A DNA stretch of 64,000 nucleotides from Picochlorum sp. SENEW3 (lineage: Eukaryota), in the NCBI GenBank assembly GCA_034226945.1, contig CP120454.1, positions 1,488,001-1,552,000 on the forward strand, in the 5' to 3' direction. The position numbers and the translations under genes are program-made. Of the stretch, positions 57,301 through 64,000 are shown one piece after another. The notes beneath the pieces were generated by a model that saw nothing but the letters and a program-made list of their open reading frames with translations, was not told the DNA's origin and made no database searches. Positions within the stretch are counted from its first letter, which is position 1. Each line of letters opens with the position of its first letter.

Positions 57301-60080
57301 TCTGGGGATCCTTTCCCTATCGTGAAGCAGCACTGTTTCCAGCGGACTGTAGGATTTGCCCAAAAATCTGCTTTGCTTGATTTCGATGAACTCCTGATCC
57401 ACCTCCATGGCATAGGATACCAATCTCAAAGCCTCTGTGACTGTGTCAGCCTTGTAGGCTGCCAGTGACCCCTCCCTGAACTGCTCTGACAGCCAATCAG
57501 TCCCCAGCGATAATGTGAAATTCACAACGCGAAACAGGTTCCTATTCTCTAGGAGATCCGTTAACACGTACTCCCCTGGAGTCATGGTCCCTTCCTCCAG
57601 GGAAATAGCTGCTGGCAACGATTCCAAACAGAGGCGACAATGCAACAAACACTGACTCATCAACTGCCAGCGCTCTCTCTCGAACTTGAAAGAGCGTTGA
57701 TAAATACTAGATACAATCTCTTCCAATACAAACCTCGTGAAGTGTCCGTATTTTGCTCCTCCATCTACAAACGTCTTTGAATTCTCCCACAGGGCATTCA
57801 GCAGCTCAACAAATGCAATCGCTTCCTCGTATTCCTCTGCGCGTGCCTCTATCTCATTCAGCTGATATGTCAAGTCGTATTTTACTGGAACAGGCTTGCG
57901 TCCCTCGCGTTGCAGTGAATCTTTCCTCACCACAACGGCTCCAAGGAGCCTCTCCCACAGGGGCACCACGAGCACCTGGTGCCTAGCCAGGGAGGCAATG
58001 GCCTTATCTAACATAGCCTTTAACTTTTGTGGAACAGGGCAGCACATCGCTTCAAATAAAATGTCCCAGCTTGGCGACACACCAGCTTCCTCTTCCAAAG
58101 CCTGCAGCCAGGATAACACTTCCTCTGGAGGACCATGTGCCATGACTTGCCTGCAGAGACGCGTTGGTATCAAGTTTAACGAGCATTTATATCACTCTTT
58201 GATAAAAAGAACCATGACATACCTAAAGACATTAACAAACGCACAAAGCCCATTGGTTTCGTCCTCTGGCAAGACAAGCGAGCTCACTGGCTGCTGAACT
58301 TCAGACCTAGCTGCGTTCCCGTATATCTGAATCATAGACTTCAGGGTCGAGAAGAGCTTATGCCACGCCACAAAGGGCGAGGTATTCTTATCATGTAAAC
58401 TATGGAAGACTGTACAAGCCCCTTGTTGTGTGCTTGCCAATGCTGAAAGAATTGCCATGTGCCCAATGAAGACAGGAGGAATTAACATGAGATGTTCGTC
58501 AGTCCCCACAGCACGTAGAAACTTTGCAATGTACTCTTGCGATGCTTCAACTAGGCTAAAGCGGCCATCTAGGCATGATGCCCACAGATGCAATAGACTT
58601 GCCAAATCATCAGCCGGGAAATTCTCATCCCTTTCACCATTGTCAGCCTTGGCCCGGCTTGCTACGGCATTGTGTTTGCTGGATTTCACCAGCCACGACA
58701 CAGGACTTTTTGACTCCTCGCTGATTCCCTCTGACACATCTATTGATAATAGAACAAACTGATAGACTGTCGAGGCAACAGTGAACTCCATCACCTCGTC
58801 AAGCTGACCTTCATAAAAAAATAACTGCTTCATGTGCCCAAACACTCCTCTAGAGAGGGCCTGGATAGCCCTGTTTGATGCTTCTTGGTCATTTTGCTCG
58901 AAGAAAAGACCAATCACTGCCTGCACCATTTGAATGATTGCCACAAAAGGAGAGTTTGATTTGTCGTACGACGTCACAAACTGATTCAACTTGGTCTTCA
59001 GCCCATGGTCCTTTAGAGTTGACTGGAGTCTGGCACAGTCATCCTCCTTCATCTCATCGTTCTCAACCTCCTGAGGCAGCAATGTCAACATTATAGCTAT
59101 GACTATAAAACTAGCATGCATATTCATGGATACTATGCTGTGAGCTGCATCATGCTGCATCAGATCATTGAGAAGATCAAGCAAGTCTCCAATGTCCAAG
59201 GGCGCCATCCGCTGATTGATACAGCATGCATACACCAAACATTCACACAACTGCAAGGACTCCTTATACATGCATTCTGCCCGTGTCTCATACATGGAGT
59301 TTTCTATGTACATCAATTTGCTGTGCAAAACATCCTTCATGGCAGATGTGGATTCCTTGATCTGTCTGCAGATGTTCTTGACCAAAAGCCCACTTCCATC
59401 CTCCCTTTCCTTCAGCATGCCCACGTTGAAATCCTCGACAATCCCAAACATCTCATCATCGATAGATCCATACCCGCTCACCTGTGTGATCAGAAGGGTC
59501 GCTAGGCAATTGACTGCGGCAGCTCTCTTTCCATAAAACTCTCCAGCAGCTGCAGCTGCAGACACTTTTCCTGTCTTCCTGAGGGCTTCCTCTATCAGAT
59601 CGACGCATTCGATTTCATTTAAATTTAATTCATCAGACAAAAGGATGATTTGCTGAATGTCGGGCTCCGGGTCGAGCGTCCTTACGCCAGTCTTTGTCGC
59701 AATTTTGCCACTCTCGACTGCCTGTCGCGCCTGAGTATCCCTCGCCTGCACGCAAGATACCAGTACTTGCATGTCATTTACATTCACCGATTCATAGTGT
59801 ACACAGACGTGGCCATACCTTGTGTTTCAAAGGGTCAAGCAGAGCAGTCTTGATCTCCGCGAGATACTCCCTCAACTCGCCAGCATCGACATTCCCCGCC
59901 AAAGCAGTCTCTATAAATTGCAATGATGAAATATCCAGGGGAAATGAGTCCATCTGGTCGCCCTCTGAAATCAGCCTTGCGATGCCTGCAACAGACACAA
60001 GTTGCTCACGCTCGTTTCCACAACGCCCCCGAGAAGAAATGTCGCCGCTCTGTACAAATGCGTGAGGAATTGTATACCAT
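54345..60080 (-). CDS. NUP205: Nuclear pore protein Nup205/Nup192 (multi-exon)
   Basis: LSDELNLNEIECV; LFEAMCCPVPQKLKA; DLTYQLNEIEARAEEY; RAWLLQILATE; large alpha-solenoid split by short introns. Confidence 0.88.
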
Positions 60081-60388
60081 TATGTAAATTATTGCTCAAT
60101 CGATGGCTGCTTCAGTCGTACAGCAGTGTTTCCACGATTCCCAACAGACGAACTGAAGGCATCTCTGCTGTCCAACGTTGCCTTTCCAGAGACACCCGCC
60201 ATGGGAAACACCACATTTCCCATAGGCAGCAGGGACATAGCAATCCTGGCAGTCTTGGCGGGAGAGCCCTTGATATATCGTCCTATATTTCATGTGAACC
60301 CTCTTTCTCGGGTATAGGCAGTAGTTCATCTGCAACCTTTCATGGTTGAGGGCATTTCGAAGACTGCTAGTCACGCGTAGTTTCCCGC

Positions 60389-61414
60389 ATGACGCCTATG
60401 AACACCAGCACCCCTCGTGGAGCTACTTATGTCGATCCAACGGCCAATATAGTTCCACGAGATCACATCGGGAGTCATAGGCGGAGGCAGGAGCACACAG
60501 TGGGTAGGAGAACCGCAATCGCCCTGGGCCCCGTCATGGTTGCGAATCTCGCATTATGTGGTACCTCTAAAGCACAAGAGACTGGTCCATTCTTGGAGGT
60601 GAAGAGAGATTTGCCATTTCTCAGCAGGCCCCCCGAACCGGTACAGATACCGAGGAGAGCTCTTCAGGCTGATTTCGCAGTGGCACTGCTGCGGAGTGGA
60701 TACGAGACGGCCGATTCGATGGATTTCGTTCCAATGGATAAGTTTCAGCAAGAATTTTGGTTGACGAGGAGGGCAGAATGGGAGCCATACAAAATGCTGT
60801 ATGATCCCATTGTCGTTGAACAGGGAAAAATTTCAGACCCTCTCTACTTTGACTTCATCAGTGCGATGCAGTTTTCCACGTTGTCGAACGAGATGAGGAA
60901 TGGAAATCAAGTATTCAAGGAATACTGTGAGGAATGTGAAGACTCGTATCGATTGATTACTCGAGATCCATCACTCATGGATAATGCAAAGTTACCATTT
61001 GCATTTTACAATCGTCTTGGTGCCCGATTGCTCCTCAAACTGATGGATATGGAAGATTTTCGAGACATATTATTGACGAGTATTGAACGCTTGAAACAAA
61101 GTGGGGGAGCTTCGTCGGATGTGCTCGAGTGCTCAAGGAATATTTTGGAGTATTTTGTGTCCAAAGGATATGCCATCAGTTCTCAGATTGGCTCCATCGA
61201 TGAAGCACAGGATGGATCACTAAATTTCACAGTCAAGTCCAATGGACCGGCTGACTTGTGGGCGCTTCAATACTGCAGCAGCCACGGATCGGATATCCTT
61301 CCTCTGTATGATGTGATGGTCTTGTCGCATGTCATACAACTATGCGGCAAGAAGCCTTCGTGTTCCGTGCAGTGGACGACAACGACGCTAACGCAGGGGT
61401 GGAAGGTTGTATAG
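60389..61414 (+). CDS. Conserved algal plastid protein with Tat-type (RR) lumen signal
   Basis: GRRTAIALG...SKAQ signal; FAVALLRSGYE..DFVPMDKFQ..FW; QGKISDPLYFDFIS. Confidence 0.7.
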   Translation: MTPMNTSTPRGATYVDPTANIVPRDHIGSHRRRQEHTVGRRTAIALGPVMVANLALCGTSKAQETGPFLEVKRDLPFLSRPPEPVQIPRRALQADFAVALLRSGYETADSMDFVPMDKFQQEFWLTRRAEWEPYKMLYDPIVVEQGKISDPLYFDFISAMQFSTLSNEMRNGNQVFKEYCEECEDSYRLITRDPSLMDNAKLPFAFYNRLGARLLLKLMDMEDFRDILLTSIERLKQSGGASSDVLECSRNILEYFVSKGYAISSQIGSIDEAQDGSLNFTVKSNGPADLWALQYCSSHGSDILPLYDVMVLSHVIQLCGKKPSCSVQWTTTTLTQGWKVV

Positions 61415-61540
61415 GAGGACCGTAATAATTTGTTAAACGAATCGTGTAACTCTATCTATCACTAATACCTTTAGTGCTATCCGAGAGAGGTTGCTTCTAT
61501 GAGATCACAAGTGTAATTTGGTCAGAGCTGCATTAACTCA

Positions 61541-62194
61541 CTATGCAATCACGAGGCCGGCAGCAGATACCATCAGGGCAGTCACGATTCCAGCAATCAT
61601 GCTGCCTGATCCAGCAGTGGCTTCTGGCTCAGTTGAGGGTGCTGCGTCTTCTGGTGCAGCAGGGGCCATGGCAGCTGGCGTAACCTCCGTGGTAGCTGCA
61701 GGCGTCACTGCAGCAACGTCCTCCATTGTCAGAGACGGTGGAACTGGAAGAGGATTCTCTTCCAACTCGGCGGCAAGTTTTTCAGCCTCGGCATCCTTTG
61801 CATCTGCATAGTCAGAGTCCTCCTCAGATACGTCATCCCCAAGTCCCTCAATACCATCATCCTTGGCACATGTGCAGACTGGTTTGTCATTCTTGCAGTC
61901 AAAGCCTTCAATCTGGGACACTGCTCCACACTCTTCGGCACAAGCCTCGGAGAGATCCTCCCCACCGCACAGAGTTGGGGCATCGATGTTTGTATTCTCA
62001 ATGTCTCCGGCTGCATTCAGACAGAAGCAACTGGGACCAGTAGCAGAGCATTCAACATCCTTAAGAGTGCTATCGCCGCATTCAGTTTCGCAAAACGCCA
62101 TGAGGTCAGGCACGTCATTGCACGACAGTGTTTCCTGGCTTCGAGCGCCAACGGAAAGGGCGAGCAATGCAATGCAGGTGGCCTTGAGATACAT
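61541..62194 (-). CDS. Secreted, predicted GPI-anchored protein with two 6-Cys modules and an acidic Ala/Pro/Thr stalk
   Basis: Signal peptide MYLKATCIALLALSVGA; two C..CxxxC..C..CxC repeats; GSGS then a terminal hydrophobic tail. Confidence 0.8.
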   Translation of the reverse strand: MYLKATCIALLALSVGARSQETLSCNDVPDLMAFCETECGDSTLKDVECSATGPSCFCLNAAGDIENTNIDAPTLCGGEDLSEACAEECGAVSQIEGFDCKNDKPVCTCAKDDGIEGLGDDVSEEDSDYADAKDAEAEKLAAELEENPLPVPPSLTMEDVAAVTPAATTEVTPAAMAPAAPEDAAPSTEPEATAGSGSMIAGIVTALMVSAAGLVIA

Positions 62195-62299
62195 GGTGGG
62201 TATAATAAGTCTGCATATAAATTTTTTTGCAGTGAAAACGACGTAGAAGACCATTCCGCCTCAGCAGAGACGCCAACTGACCAAGAGCCATGTGAGGAT

Positions 62300-64000
62300 C
62301 TGGATAACAACCTGCAGGTCCTCCTTCCATTAGGAGGAGATGGACCAAGATTGGCACTTTATAACACATACCTGAATATTTTGGAGAATTCTGTAAAGAA
62401 AAGTTTGAGTTTAATCGTGAGAATATGATAACGCGTCTGGTCGGGTAACCGCCTGCTGTGAAGGAGCGAGATGCGATGTATGCTCCCATCAAAGGCGACG
62501 TTGAGTAGTCTGGAGTGGAGGCCCGACGATTTCGTCGCCATACTGAACTCATCGGTCCAACAGAACGTTGGACCGGAGCCCTTTTGTAACCGAGTACTTC
62601 TGTAGCCGAACACACACAATTAAAGGTCCTGAGGATGGTCTTTAAGCAATACTGTAACAGCATGTCGCCAGTGTGGTTCTGGACTTCCTTCCAGAGTGAC
62701 ACGGCATGCTGCCATCATGCGCTCGCCAGCCGTTGCCGACAGAGAGCGTTCAACCTTCACACGCAGTGAGGTTCGACTACAGTGTGGATTGCATAGCAAT
62801 TAATCATACAGTGGGTATCTCTCATATTCACTAAAAGTACTCGAATTAGAAGTTACATGAGAGGTAATAATGACCCTCATTATATGAAATGACAGCGATT
62901 GTGACGAGGATGATAGATCTCTTCCAGGATCTCATCATCCTAGATTTTTCCTAGAAATCCACTCCTGCAAGGACGCAGCTCTCTGCTACAATTCCTGCCG
63001 GCCAAGAACAAACCAAATGTCCTCATTTGGAATATATCTCTCGATGACATAATGCAACACTCCTTGTTAAAAGAGCAGACTATTCAGCATCAAGTTGGTG
63101 GCATGCATCCAATCATCACTCGCTGTGCAAATTTATTTTCTTCTTGCTCTGCCCACATTTGCAAAACATGAAGATCCCTTTTCAGAATGTTCAACGAATA
63201 GAACACTTTGGACACAATCGGGTGGCTGTTCACGTCGAGCACTCACATGAACCATACATATGTCTTCCACGCCCAAGGCAGTTTGGCATATCTGCATCAA
63301 TTCTTAGCAGACAGCAGCAATTCATCTCCCTGGCATGCAGATCTCTCTCGATTGGTCCCTTCGATAATACAGACATGATTGCATAACACAAACTGGCACC
63401 TCGTGTTTTCAATCAATGCTGGCCTAAACTCAATGTTGTTCCAGGGTGCCACTCGGAGTGATACATTTCTCACACTCCAGAGTTCCATTTTGCACAATCC
63501 TCAAAGAACAATTTAGGACTTGATCAATACTCCTTCCAGATGACCTCTCTGGAAGCTTGAGAACTAGTGGTCGACCGGTCGTCACATTCAATCCACTAGT
63601 ACTGGTGAGGAAATTCTCAGCCACGAAGTTTTCCTCGGCGCCCGAATCCATCAAAATCTGCACTCTATATTCTTTGATGTAGTCGAAGAAAGAGAATATC
63701 AACCCTTTATCAGCTTTCTTCGACTCCTGGAGATAACATAAATCTCGATCCTTAGAAACACAGTCCCCAAAATGAACACCAGCTTTGGTCAGAGCGGCCG
63801 TACTGTGCGATTCCTCAACAATCTTCCTTGTTACTATTGGATTCCAGGGGTGGTCCAGGCGTTTGTTGAATACAATCCCCTGTTCCTGATCGATCTCCAG
63901 ATCCATTTGTTGTGAGTTCCCCCATGGCACGAAAGTGGGTACTCCAACCAAACAAGTGAGAAATTAATGTCTCAAGTCTTCTTGCGGAGCAGCAGCTGGA
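62300..64000 (-). mobile_element. Degenerate LTR-retrotransposon (Ty3/Gypsy-like) pol remnant
   Basis: Retropepsin motif VQILMDSGAEENFV in ORF 63430-63951, followed by frameshifted, stop-interrupted sequence with a faint RT-like segment. Left boundary approximate. Confidence 0.65.

Noticed and set aside
60096..60374. Cys-rich 92-aa ORF upstream of Nup205
   Set aside because: No recognisable motif or splice support; lies in a divergent promoter/UTR region.

Overview
Gene-dense eukaryotic nuclear DNA from a compact-genome green alga, most likely a trebouxiophyte such as Picochlorum. This is inferred from short GT-AG introns of about 65-95 nt, TGTAA poly(A) signals, tiny intergenic gaps and many plastid-targeted proteins. 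About 40 protein-coding genes are supported, including the 5' end of BRR2 (absent from the ORF track), ADA2, SBPase, PI synthase, HPPD, NAA50, GPN1, starch branching enzyme, FAM91, CSN8, PLPBP, TruA, CYP37, alpha-amylase, MAF1, IMPase, TRAP-beta, cyclophilin, PFK, Listerin and Nup205. The last ~1.7 kb is a decayed LTR-retrotransposon (Ty3/Gypsy-like) remnant. Main findings: (1) a dual-coding locus where the second AUG of the spliced TMEM42-like mRNA opens the -1 frame and runs without a stop into a TruA pseudouridine synthase, with no TGTAA between the two stops; (2) a candidate 14-nt poison microexon in the long SBPase intron whose acceptor is covered by a perfect 13-bp inverted repeat; (3) a predicted GPI-anchored protein with two defensin-like CSalpha-beta cysteine modules; (4) an intronless PARG/macrodomain-like gene that may be horizontally acquired; (5) recurrent palindromes in head-to-head promoters. 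Several apparent single-base frameshifts suggest assembly indels or local decay, so frame-based findings need read-level checks. All family calls come from motif recognition, not database searches.
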